The position numbers and the translations under genes were made by a program. A stretch of 12,190 nt of DNA. It comes from Candidatus Hydrothermarchaeales archaeon. Its GTDB lineage: Archaea > Hydrothermarchaeota > Hydrothermarchaeia > Hydrothermarchaeales > JAZGAD01. The DNA is taken from positions 1-12,190 of the forward strand of contig JAZGAD010000038.1 in NCBI GenBank assembly GCA_036444275.1, read 5' to 3'. Positions 1-7,782 of the stretch are shown here, one piece after another; position 1 is the stretch's first letter; each line of letters starts with the position of its first letter. The notes beneath the pieces were generated by a model that saw only the letters and a program-made list of their open reading frames with translations, did no database searches and was not told the DNA's origin.

Positions 1-869
1 TGTCTGCTGCTGAGGTGGCTGAGAGTGCTAACAAGATTGCAGAAGAGGGTGGCGAGTCTGCGAAGGAAGCGATTGAGAAGATGAAGAATACCAACGAAGT
101 GGTTAAGCAATCAGCAGATGTGGTAAAGGAGCTTGGTGATAAGTCGAAGCAGATAGGCGAAATCGTGGGGTTGATCACGAGCATCGCTGACCAGACTAAC
201 TTGCTTGCTCTTAATGCTGCTATTGAGGCTGCTCGTGCCGGTGAGCATGGACGTGGTTTTGCCGTTGTTGCCGAGGAGGTTAAAAAACTTGCTGACGGCT
301 CAGCCAAGGCCGCTGAGGAGATCGCGAACCTCATCGAGGACATCCGGGAGGATACTGATAATGCTGTCTCGTCTATGGATCGTGGTGTCGAGGAGGTTGC
401 TGGTTCGACTGAGGTTGTGAACAAGGCCTTGGGTGCTTTGGAGAGTATCTTGCAGGCTGTGGGTGAACTGACGGGTAGGGTTGAGGAGATTTCTGCTGCA
501 AGCCAGGAGCAGAGTGTGGTGTGTGAGAAGGTTGTGGCTGCGATTGATGAGATAGCTGCTGTTAGTGAGGAGGCCGCGTCTGGCACTGAGGAGACTTCAG
601 CGGCTGCTGAGGAGCAGGCGGCAAGCATGGAGCAGTTGACGGCTACTGCTCAGGAGTTGTCAGGTCTTTCTGATCAGCTTCAGGAGTCGATAGGCAGGTT
701 TAGTATAAGAGAGACTGTTAGGGCAGAGATTGAACCAACAGAAGTAAAGGTAAAAGTGCGGGAAGAGCCAGAGGCCCTTAATCCGGTTGATGGTGGGGAG
801 GCTGGTGGGTCTACAGTTGAAGTGGCTGGGGTTAGAAAACGAGCTAATCCAAAATCTAGAAAAACGTAA
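1..869 (+). CDS. Methyl-accepting chemotaxis protein, cytoplasmic signalling domain (5'-partial; frame is open from position 3)
   Basis: Hairpin-tip signature [37 protein letters not shown]. Heptad methylation helices ([17 protein letters not shown]). No stop upstream of 15 in this frame, so the gene begins before the window. Ends in a ~55-aa acidic-then-basic unstructured tail. Confidence 0.96.
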   Translation, partial: SAAEVAESANKIAEEGGESAKEAIEKMKNTNEVVKQSADVVKELGDKSKQIGEIVGLITSIADQTNLLALNAAIEAARAGEHGRGFAVVAEEVKKLADGSAKAAEEIANLIEDIREDTDNAVSSMDRGVEEVAGSTEVVNKALGALESILQAVGELTGRVEEISAASQEQSVVCEKVVAAIDEIAAVSEEAASGTEETSAAAEEQAASMEQLTATAQELSGLSDQLQESIGRFSIRETVRAEIEPTEVKVKVREEPEALNPVDGGEAGGSTVEVAGVRKRANPKSRKT

Positions 870-1053
870 GGTGGAAGCTTAATGGTACGAGAGGGTTTTG
901 AAGGTAAACCCCTGCTTGGAGTAATATTCGATAGAGGCATAGTCAACTGAAATAAAAGAATCAGCAGATGGAGAAGAAACCGACCGCAAAAATGTCCTAA
1001 GTTCGATAACATTTAGGGGCAATGTCACTAATTTGTAAGCGCCACTGGAGACA

Positions 1054-1069
1054 GAGAAAGCTTTTTAAC
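1054..1069 (+). promoter_or_regulatory. Putative BRE/TATA promoter of rpl15e and the superoperon
   Basis: GAGAAAG-C-TTTTTAAC is a purine-rich BRE directly followed by a T/A box, ~45-50 nt upstream of ATG 1114. SD-like AAGGTG at 1102-1107. Confidence 0.6.
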
Positions 1070-1113
1070 AGTATTCCTCCATTTATAGCGAAGTTGACTT
1101 TAAGGTGTTAATA

Positions 1114-1698
1114 ATGGGAATGTACAGTTACATTGCTAAGGCATGGAATAAGCCAAGCGAGTCCATAGTGCGACCCCTACTAAGAAAACGCATACCAGAG
1201 TGGAGAAAAGGGGAATCCATTGTTAGGGTTGAACGTCCCCTCAGGATTGATAGGGCTAGAGCGCTGGGCTATAAATCCAAGCAGGGCGTAATCGTTGTAC
1301 GCTCAAGGATCAGGAGAGGTGGGAGGAGGAAGCAACGCCCTACTGGCGGTAGGAAGCCCAGCAAGATGGGCGTCAAGAAGTATACCCCAAAGAAGAGCCT
1401 GCGGTGGATGGCTGAAGAGAGAGCGGGTAGGAAATATCCGAACCTCGAGGTCTTAAACTCTTATTGGATTGGTGAGGATGGGCGCTATAAATACTATGAG
1501 GTCATCATGCTCGACCCAACACATCCCTCTATAAAATCTGACAAGGATCTGAAGAGGCTATCGGAGAAGCAGCATAGGGGTAGAGTCTATAGGGGCTTGA
1601 CCTCTGCGGGAAAAAGCTCACGGGGTCTCAGGCGGAAGGGGAAAGGAGCTGAGAAGATCAGGCCCAGCATCAGATCAAAGGATCGGAAAGGCAAGTAG
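1114..1698 (+). CDS. rpl15e: 50S ribosomal protein L15e (eL15)
   Basis: [65 protein letters not shown]. Start moved from GTG 1105 to ATG 1114 (194 aa) because of the SD spacing and the typical N-terminus. Confidence 0.98.
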   Translation: MGMYSYIAKAWNKPSESIVRPLLRKRIPEWRKGESIVRVERPLRIDRARALGYKSKQGVIVVRSRIRRGGRRKQRPTGGRKPSKMGVKKYTPKKSLRWMAEERAGRKYPNLEVLNSYWIGEDGRYKYYEVIMLDPTHPSIKSDKDLKRLSEKQHRGRVYRGLTSAGKSSRGLRRKGKGAEKIRPSIRSKDRKGK

Positions 1699-1794
1699 CC
1701 AAGGGAAGCAACCAGTTGCACCCCCGAATATTTAAAGGGGATGTTTCTTATTTCATTCTTATCTTATTCGAAATCTTGCTACGGAGGCAAGGAT

Positions 1795-2418
1795 ATGGAG
1801 TTTATTGATCTGCATGTTCACTCAGTAGTTTCTTCAGGGGTAGATACTCCTTCGAGGCTCGCCTACCACGCTGATAAATTGGGTATAAAGATAGGCTTAT
1901 GTGATGGTCAGGACCTAGCAAAGAGAGGCGGCATCGCTTTAGGAGCCGAGATCAGCGCTGGCAACAAAGGAAGCTTTAAGGACAGTATTAAAGCACTTAG
2001 GGGATTTGATTACCTCGTTGTGAGGGGTGGAAGTGACATGGCTAATAGGCTGGCGGTCAGCGACAGTAGGATTGATATCTTGGCGCATCCTGAGCTGGGC
2101 AGACGAGACAGCGGCCTAGATTCCTTTATTGCTAGAAAAGCCAAAGAGAACTCGGTTGCGGTTGAGGTAAACCTAGGTGCTCTCATAACTTCTAAAAGGG
2201 GCCAACGAGTGCGCCTGCTGAAGAATATCAAGAAGAACCTCATGCTCTCAAGGAAATATGGATTCGAGCTTATTGCATGCACCGGAGCTAAGTCTAGGTA
2301 TGATCTGCGGGAGGCTGACTGTGTATTCGAGCTATTGAAGCTAGTGGGAGCCGAAGAGGAAGAGGCCATGAAAGCTATGGTTGAAACTCCTAAAAAGATC
2401 CTGGAGGGTAGCCTCTAA
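1795..2418 (+). CDS. rnp3: Ribonuclease P protein component 3 (Rpp30 family)
   Basis: PHP-like DLHVH N-terminus, NRLAV...IDILAHP, GLDSFIARKAKENSVAVEVNL, GAKSRYDLR. Canonical position after rpl15e. Start at ATG 1795 follows GGAGG (1783-1787); the 18 extra codons from 1741 are probably non-coding. Confidence 0.93.
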   Translation: MEFIDLHVHSVVSSGVDTPSRLAYHADKLGIKIGLCDGQDLAKRGGIALGAEISAGNKGSFKDSIKALRGFDYLVVRGGSDMANRLAVSDSRIDILAHPELGRRDSGLDSFIARKAKENSVAVEVNLGALITSKRGQRVRLLKNIKKNLMLSRKYGFELIACTGAKSRYDLREADCVFELLKLVGAEEEEAMKAMVETPKKILEGSL

Positions 2419-2431
2419 GTGAGGTATGAGT

Positions 2432-2956
2432 ATGAAGGTTAAAAAGCTACCTCCATCCCTGAGAGAACGAAAGAGGTATATCGCATTCCGCGTAGAGGGA
2501 GATGAACCTCTCAGCAGAGAGCAGATTGTTAGGGCAGTCCGACGAGAAGTCATGAGCTTCCTAGGAGAGAACAGGATGAGTGAGCTTAACATATGGGTCT
2601 TGGACTTTAATGCTGATGCTCAGCAGGGCTTCATAGTATGCCATCATAAGGCAGTAGGTGAAGCTAAAGCATGCTTAGCCATGGTGAGCATCGTAGACGG
2701 CATAAGACTGCACCTGGCGCCCATAGGGATTTCCGGCACCATAAAGACCTTGAAAAGGAAGTTTTTGAAGGATGTAGCTCCCGTTGCGAAGGAGAGCAGG
2801 GATATAGAGTTCATGGGAGGCGTGAAGTTAGTTAAGAGCAGGGGGCAGTGCCTAGACGCCCTACCCCATGATAATGGGCTGAAGAGAAGGGTAAATGATT
2901 TAAACATGAAATATATAGGTCTAATGAGAGAAGACATAGAGCAGAAAGGTAAATAA
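2432..2956 (+). CDS. rnp2: Ribonuclease P protein component 2 (Pop5/Rpp14 family) with C-terminal extension
   Basis: KLPPSLRERKRYIAF, LGE...IWV, GISGTIKTLKRKFL motifs. ATG 2432 fits SD GAGGT (2421-2425) better than ATG 2426. Confidence 0.93.
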   Translation: MKVKKLPPSLRERKRYIAFRVEGDEPLSREQIVRAVRREVMSFLGENRMSELNIWVLDFNADAQQGFIVCHHKAVGEAKACLAMVSIVDGIRLHLAPIGISGTIKTLKRKFLKDVAPVAKESRDIEFMGGVKLVKSRGQCLDALPHDNGLKRRVNDLNMKYIGLMREDIEQKGK

Positions 2957-2993
2957 AAATAATAGGCCTTAATATTTTGAAGGAGGATGTACG

Positions 2994-3737
2994 ATGCAAC
3001 CGATGCCGAGTTTGGGATATGATAGAGCTATAACAGTTTTCAGCCCTGATGGAAGGTTGTTCCAGGTTGAGTATGCGAGGGAAGCAGTGAAAAGGGGAAC
3101 CACCTCCCTGGGTATAAGGTATGCTGATGGCGTGCTCTTGGCAGTGGACAAGAGGATTGCCAGTAAATTAGTAGAGGCAAGATCGATAGAGAAGATCTTC
3201 CAGATAGACGAGAACATCGCAGCCGCTACTTCTGGATTAGTGGCAGATTCTAGGGTCTTAGTAGACAGAGCTAGGGTAGAGGCACAGTCCAACCGGATTC
3301 TGTACAACGAGCCCATAGACATAGAGATGCTTGCTAAAAAAATCTGTGATTTCAAGCAGCTGTATACTCAGCACGGAGGCGTGCGGCCCTTCGGTATATC
3401 CCTCCTCATAGTAGGAGTTAACGAGAAGCCGAGGCTGTTTGAGACTGATCCCAGCGGCGCCCTCATAGAGTACAAGGCTACCGCGATAGGAGCGGGCAGA
3501 AGCACTGCCATGGAGATCTTTGAGGAAAAATATACAGAGGGCATGAGCCGAGACGAAGCCATTCAACTCGCTTTAGGAGTAATGAATGAGGTGACAGAGG
3601 GTAAAGTGAGCGAAGAAACAGTGGAAATAGCGATTGTAGAGCTTAAGACTAAGGAATTCAAGAAGTTTTCATCGGAGGAGGTCAAGAAGTATTTCTCCCA
3701 GATGCCTAAGGTCCGGGAGGAGGCTCCAAAGGAGTGA
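2994..3737 (+). CDS. psmA: Proteasome subunit alpha
   Basis: GYDRAITVFSPDGRLFQVEYAREAVKRG N-terminal signature, YTQHGGVRPFGISLL, LFETDPSG. SD GGAGG at 2982-2986. Confidence 0.99.
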   Translation: MQPMPSLGYDRAITVFSPDGRLFQVEYAREAVKRGTTSLGIRYADGVLLAVDKRIASKLVEARSIEKIFQIDENIAAATSGLVADSRVLVDRARVEAQSNRILYNEPIDIEMLAKKICDFKQLYTQHGGVRPFGISLLIVGVNEKPRLFETDPSGALIEYKATAIGAGRSTAMEIFEEKYTEGMSRDEAIQLALGVMNEVTEGKVSEETVEIAIVELKTKEFKKFSSEEVKKYFSQMPKVREEAPKE

Positions 3738-3742
3738 GCTCC

Positions 3743-4444
3743 TTGGTCAGCTTGGAGGAGGCCGTCATCGCCAGGCTGGAGATCTATGGGGAGAGATACG
3801 AGGTCCTCGTGGATCCTGATCTAGCGCTGGACTTTAAAAGAGGGAAGGAGCTAGATATTTCCAGCGTGCTAGCAGTAGAAACTATTTTTAAAGACGCTAA
3901 AAAAGGCGACAAAGCAAGCGAAGAGCATATGGCGAAGGTCTTCACCACTTCCAATGCCTTGGACGTAGCTAAGCAGATAGTACGGAAAGGGGAGATTCAG
4001 CTAACGACAGAACAGCGTAGGAAGATGCTCGATGACAGGAAGAAGCAGGTAATAAACATCATAGCTAGGAATGCGATGAATCCCCAGACTGGGACACCTC
4101 ATCCGCCTCAGAGGATAGAGCGTGCGATGGAGGACGCGAGGGTGCATGTAGACTTACATAAGACCGCTGAGGAGCAGGTACAAACAGTTATTAAGGCGCT
4201 GCGACCTATTCTGCCTATACGTTTTGAGGAACGCACTATAGCGGTTAAGATTCCACCACAATACGCAGCGAAAGCCTATCCCGTGGTGAAGGAGTACGGC
4301 GAGATCAAAAAAGAGGAATGGCTTAAGGACGGCTCATGGGCATTTCTCGTGGGCCTTCCAGCTGGTGTTGTAGATGAATTCTTCAAGGAGATAAATTCAC
4401 TGACTAAAGGCGAAGTAGAAACCAAAATACTCGCGAAGACTTAA
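3743..4444 (+). CDS. Ribosome maturation protein SBDS/Sdo1
   Basis: VSLEEAVIARL, EVLVDP, IFKDAKKGDKAS, GEIQLTTEQRR, NPQTGTPHPPQRIERAM. Start is either TTG 3743 (SD GGAGTGA 3731-3737, giving the typical MVSL... N-terminus) or GTG 3734 overlapping the psmA stop. Confidence 0.97.
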   Translation: MVSLEEAVIARLEIYGERYEVLVDPDLALDFKRGKELDISSVLAVETIFKDAKKGDKASEEHMAKVFTTSNALDVAKQIVRKGEIQLTTEQRRKMLDDRKKQVINIIARNAMNPQTGTPHPPQRIERAMEDARVHVDLHKTAEEQVQTVIKALRPILPIRFEERTIAVKIPPQYAAKAYPVVKEYGEIKKEEWLKDGSWAFLVGLPAGVVDEFFKEINSLTKGEVETKILAKT

Positions 4445-4491
4445 AGGCATTAGTGTATAGTGCAGTCTTCGAATTTTTGGAAGGAGAGAAT

Positions 4492-5163
4492 ATGGAAAGA
4501 CGAATGGTCATACCAGGAGAATTGTTGGTAGAAGGAGAGCATCAGCTGGGTAGCGGAGTATATAGAGAGGGAAACAGTGTTTACGCCTCTACTTTAGGCC
4601 TGTTGGACGAGAAGAGCGGATACGTCCGTGTGATACCTATAACTGGAAAATACATACCCACCGTAGAGGATTTCGTGATAGGTAAAGTGGAGGAGTCTCA
4701 ATTCTCTAATTGGTATGTGGACATAAATTCTGCCTATACCGGCGCCTTGAACGCCAAAGATTACTTCAGGGATGTGGATCCCCGTGAGACCGATTTGAAC
4801 ACTATTCTAGCCCCAGGGGATGTAATCTACGCCAAGGTAAGAGAGATTACTCACTCAAAAAAGGTATATATAACTATGACTGAGAGGCGTGCACAAGTCT
4901 TAAAAAAAGGCAGACTTATAGACATGGCGCCTGTCAAGGTACCAAGGTTAATAGGCAAGAAGAGCTCCATGATATCGATGATAACAGATGAATCTAAATG
5001 CAAGATCATCGTGGGGCAGAATGGCTGGATCTGGATGGACGGCAAGCCAGCGATGGTTGATTTGGTGGTAAGGGCTATAAGAAGAATTGAAGAAGAAGCC
5101 CACAAAAGCGGCTTGACCGACACCATAAAAAAGATGATAATTGAAGAGAGGGAATCGATATGA
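4492..5163 (+). CDS. rrp4: Exosome complex RNA-binding cap protein Rrp4 (S1 + KH)
   Basis: [66 protein letters not shown]. Start at ATG 4492 follows AAGGAG (4481-4486). Confidence 0.97.
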   Translation: MERRMVIPGELLVEGEHQLGSGVYREGNSVYASTLGLLDEKSGYVRVIPITGKYIPTVEDFVIGKVEESQFSNWYVDINSAYTGALNAKDYFRDVDPRETDLNTILAPGDVIYAKVREITHSKKVYITMTERRAQVLKKGRLIDMAPVKVPRLIGKKSSMISMITDESKCKIIVGQNGWIWMDGKPAMVDLVVRAIRRIEEEAHKSGLTDTIKKMIIEERESI

Positions 5164-5876
5164 AAGTAGGAGAACCTGAGAAACTTATAGTGAATGGAAA
5201 GAGACTGGACGGCAGAAAACTGGACGAATTAAGAAAGATAAAGATCGAGGCCGGCGTACTCAAGAGAGCTGACGGCTCAGCCTATGTGGAATGGGGCGGC
5301 AACAAGGTGATAGCCGCATGCTATGGCCCCCGGGAACTTCATCCGAAGCATCACCAGAGGCCGGATAAGGCTACCCTGAGATGCACCTATAACATGGCCC
5401 CTTTTTCAGTGAATGATAGAAAGAGACCGGGCCCTGATAGGCGGAGCAGGGAGATATCCAAAGTGACAAGAGACGCTCTAGAATCAGTGGTTTTTACCCA
5501 CTTATTTCCCAGGACGGCGATAGATGTATTTGTGGAAATACTCCAAGCCGAGGCAGGTACTAGATGTGTTGGCATTACAGCTGCATCCCTTGCTTTGGCT
5601 GATGCAGGGGTACCGATGAAAGACCTCGTGGTTGCATGCGCAGCAGGTAAGATAGATGGCAAGATAGCGCTGGACCTCTTCGATGTAGAGGACAACTTCG
5701 GTGAGGCTGACGTGCCAGTAGCCATGATACCTAGGAAGAACGAGATTGTGCTGCTTCAGATGGATGGGAATCTAACTACAAAGGAATTCGAAGAGGCATT
5801 TAAGCTAGCCATAACGGGATGTAAGAAGGTATATGAACTCCAAAAGGAAGCTCTAAAGGCAAGGTACGGTGGTTGA
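5160..5876 (+). CDS. rrp41: Exosome complex catalytic subunit Rrp41 (RNase PH fold)
   Basis: [45 protein letters not shown], phosphate-binding AGTR, acidic [14 protein letters not shown] overlap with the rrp4 stop. Confidence 0.98.
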   Translation: MKVGEPEKLIVNGKRLDGRKLDELRKIKIEAGVLKRADGSAYVEWGGNKVIAACYGPRELHPKHHQRPDKATLRCTYNMAPFSVNDRKRPGPDRRSREISKVTRDALESVVFTHLFPRTAIDVFVEILQAEAGTRCVGITAASLALADAGVPMKDLVVACAAGKIDGKIALDLFDVEDNFGEADVPVAMIPRKNEIVLLQMDGNLTTKEFEEAFKLAITGCKKVYELQKEALKARYGG

Positions 5877-5877
5877 G

Positions 5878-6663
5878 ATGGCGTCTGAGATTCTAACTGG
5901 TATCAAGAAGGATTATCTATCAGGATTGCTTAGAGAAGGCAAAAGACTTGATGGACGGGGCTTTGACGAGTACAGGCAGATATCTGTTGAGACCGGAGTC
6001 TCAGCTAAGGCAGAGGGATCTGCTCTAGTCAAAATAGGGAATACCCAATTGATGGTGGGTGTGAAGCTAATTTTGGGAGAGCCCTTTTCGGATATGCCTG
6101 CTTCAGGTGTACTTACTACCAACGCAGAGCTCATTCCCCTTGCATCGCCAACCTTTGAAAAGGGACCGCCTGACGAGGCCACTATAGAACTAGCTAGGGT
6201 TGTGGATCGGGGTGTAAGAGAATCCAAGGCAATAGACCTAGATAAGCTCTGTATAGTAGAGGGTGAAAAGGTATGGATAGTCTTCATCGACATCCATGTA
6301 CTCGACTACGACGGGAACCTCTTCGATGCATCAACGCTGGGAGCAGTTGCGGCTCTATACGACGCATACATACCTAAGGTAGAGAATGACAGAGTGCTCT
6401 ACGGCGAGAGAACCAAGCAGAAGCTACCTCTAAATGACAAGCCAGTAGAGACCACCTTTGTGAAGATAGATGATACAATAGTCGTGGATCCCCTCCTGGA
6501 TGAGGAGCTCGCTATGGACGCTAGGATAACATTGGCGACGACCCAAAAGGGCCTGTTATGTGCCATGCAGAAGGGAGGAATTGGTAGCTTTACCCAGGAA
6601 GAAATCCTAGACATAATGAAGCGTGGAACCAAGAAGGCTGAGGAACTAAGAAAGCACATATAG
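5878..6663 (+). CDS. rrp42: Exosome complex subunit Rrp42
   Basis: RLDGRGFDEYR, KAEGSALVKIG, ASPTFEKGPPDE, ELARVVDRGVRES, VLDYDGNLFDA, AMQKGG. ATG 5878, just after the rrp41 stop, is preferred over GTG 5869. Confidence 0.98.
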   Translation: MASEILTGIKKDYLSGLLREGKRLDGRGFDEYRQISVETGVSAKAEGSALVKIGNTQLMVGVKLILGEPFSDMPASGVLTTNAELIPLASPTFEKGPPDEATIELARVVDRGVRESKAIDLDKLCIVEGEKVWIVFIDIHVLDYDGNLFDASTLGAVAALYDAYIPKVENDRVLYGERTKQKLPLNDKPVETTFVKIDDTIVVDPLLDEELAMDARITLATTQKGLLCAMQKGGIGSFTQEEILDIMKRGTKKAEELRKHI

Positions 6664-6677
6664 TATCGGGTTAAAAT

Positions 6678-6944
6678 ATGGGAAAAAAAGTTGGATCAGC
6701 TGGGAAATTTGGACCCAGATATGGTATGCGATTAAGGAAGAAATGGCTCGCGGCTGATAAGCGTCATCGAGCCCTCTACGAGTGCCCAGTCTGTAACAGG
6801 CAATCTGTTAAGAGGGTCGCCAGTGGTATATGGAGCTGTAGCAAATGCGGTGTCAAATTTACTGGCGGTGCTTATTCCCCAGTTACAGGGGCAGCTAAGA
6901 CCATGGAGCGGGCTATTAAGCACTTGGCTGAGGAGAGAGAATAA
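6678..6944 (+). CDS. rpl37ae: 50S ribosomal protein L37Ae (eL43)
   Basis: KKVGSAGKFGPRYG, C4 zinc finger CPVC...GIWSCSKC, FTGGAY. Confidence 0.98.
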   Translation: MGKKVGSAGKFGPRYGMRLRKKWLAADKRHRALYECPVCNRQSVKRVASGIWSCSKCGVKFTGGAYSPVTGAAKTMERAIKHLAEERE

Positions 6945-7099
6945 TGGCCAATAAATCTAGCTCCCTGAAGTATCGTTGCGGGAATTGCAACCGTGAAGTA
7001 GGATTAAGCGATGGTGAGCTGATACGATGTCCCTTCTGCGGCCACAAAATCCTCTTCAAGGAACGGTCCAAAGTTGCGAAGACGACCAATGCCAGATAG
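6944..7099 (+). CDS. rpoP: DNA-directed RNA polymerase subunit P (Rpo12), not in the ORF track
   Basis: Manual translation: MANKSSSLKYRCGNCNREVGLSDGELIRCPFCGHKILFKERSKVAKTTNAR* (51 aa). It has the YxCxxC...IRCPxCGxKILxKxR zinc ribbon. TAATG overlap with the rpl37ae stop; canonical position in this operon. Confidence 0.96.
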   Translation: MANKSSSLKYRCGNCNREVGLSDGELIRCPFCGHKILFKERSKVAKTTNAR

Positions 7100-7142
7100 C
7101 GCTACGATGCTGTTGCATAGTCTGTAGAAAGGTGATGTGTAA

Positions 7143-7385
7143 ATGAGGGAAGCCAAAGCTGAGTTGGAGTTTAACTTTGATAGTGAGGAAGAAGCTAGGA
7201 GGCTATCCTTTGTCTTAGCGCCTGAGATAGAGTCAGCGCCCTCCGATAGAACATCAGTATCTTTAAATCAAGAGGATAATAACGTGTTGTTGTACATCGC
7301 CTCTAGGGAAGCAGCTCCTTTTAGGGCTGCAGTTAGTACTTATCTGAGATGGATAAAGACCATAAAAGAAATAGAGAGTGTTTGA
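7143..7385 (+). CDS. pcc1: KEOPS complex subunit Pcc1
   Basis: 80 aa; F.SEEEA...LAPE...RT, FRAAVSTYLRWIK (Pcc1 RAxxN/S..LRW motif). SD GGTGA at 7131-7135. Lies directly before pfdB. Confidence 0.92.
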   Translation: MREAKAELEFNFDSEEEARRLSFVLAPEIESAPSDRTSVSLNQEDNNVLLYIASREAAPFRAAVSTYLRWIKTIKEIESV

Positions 7386-7386
7386 A

Positions 7387-7761
7387 ATGGAGCAGGTACC
7401 CCCACAAATTAAGCAGCAGCTGGCTCAGTTCCAGCAGATGCAGCAACAGGTTCAAGCCATCGCTATGCAGAGGTCACAAATGGAAATGCAGTTGCGGGAA
7501 ATTGAAAATACTTTGGATATGGTGGAAAAGCTGAAGGAAGACGCCGAGTTATATCAGAGCACCGGTTCTATTCTCATAAAGTCCGATAAGAAGAAGGTAT
7601 CCGAGGATCTCAAGGAGAGGAAGGAGACCCTGTCTCTGAGGATCGCTACACTCCAAAAGCAGGAGGGGAAGTTTCAGAGCAAGCTTAAGGATATGCAGGA
7701 AGAGATCAAACAGGCTCTGAACATGGGCTCGGGAATAGGCTCTGGAGTTAGAGCCGGGTAG
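7387..7761 (+). CDS. pfdB: Prefoldin beta subunit
   Basis: MEQVPPQIKQQLAQFQQMQQQ coiled coil, YQSTGSILIK beta hairpin, L.ERKETL.LRI..L.KQE. ATG 7387 is preferred over GTG 7378. Confidence 0.97.
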   Translation: MEQVPPQIKQQLAQFQQMQQQVQAIAMQRSQMEMQLREIENTLDMVEKLKEDAELYQSTGSILIKSDKKKVSEDLKERKETLSLRIATLQKQEGKFQSKLKDMQEEIKQALNMGSGIGSGVRAG

Positions 7762-7782
7762 ACTAGAGTAAGGTAAATCAAA

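Noticed and set aside
890-913. GGGTTT-tgaaggt-AAACCC hairpin after the MCP stop as a terminator
   Set aside because: Only a 6-bp stem with no following T-tract, and archaeal termination does not generally need hairpins.
4939-4980. Rrp4 KH loop reads GKKS instead of GxxG
   Set aside because: Non-canonical KH loops are known in Rrp4 proteins, so this is not evidence of lost function.
1696-7761. Genome-wide TAG recoding
   Set aside because: TAG falls at the expected C-termini of rpl15e (1696), rrp42 (6661), rpoP (7097) and pfdB (7759), and no core gene has an internal TAG.
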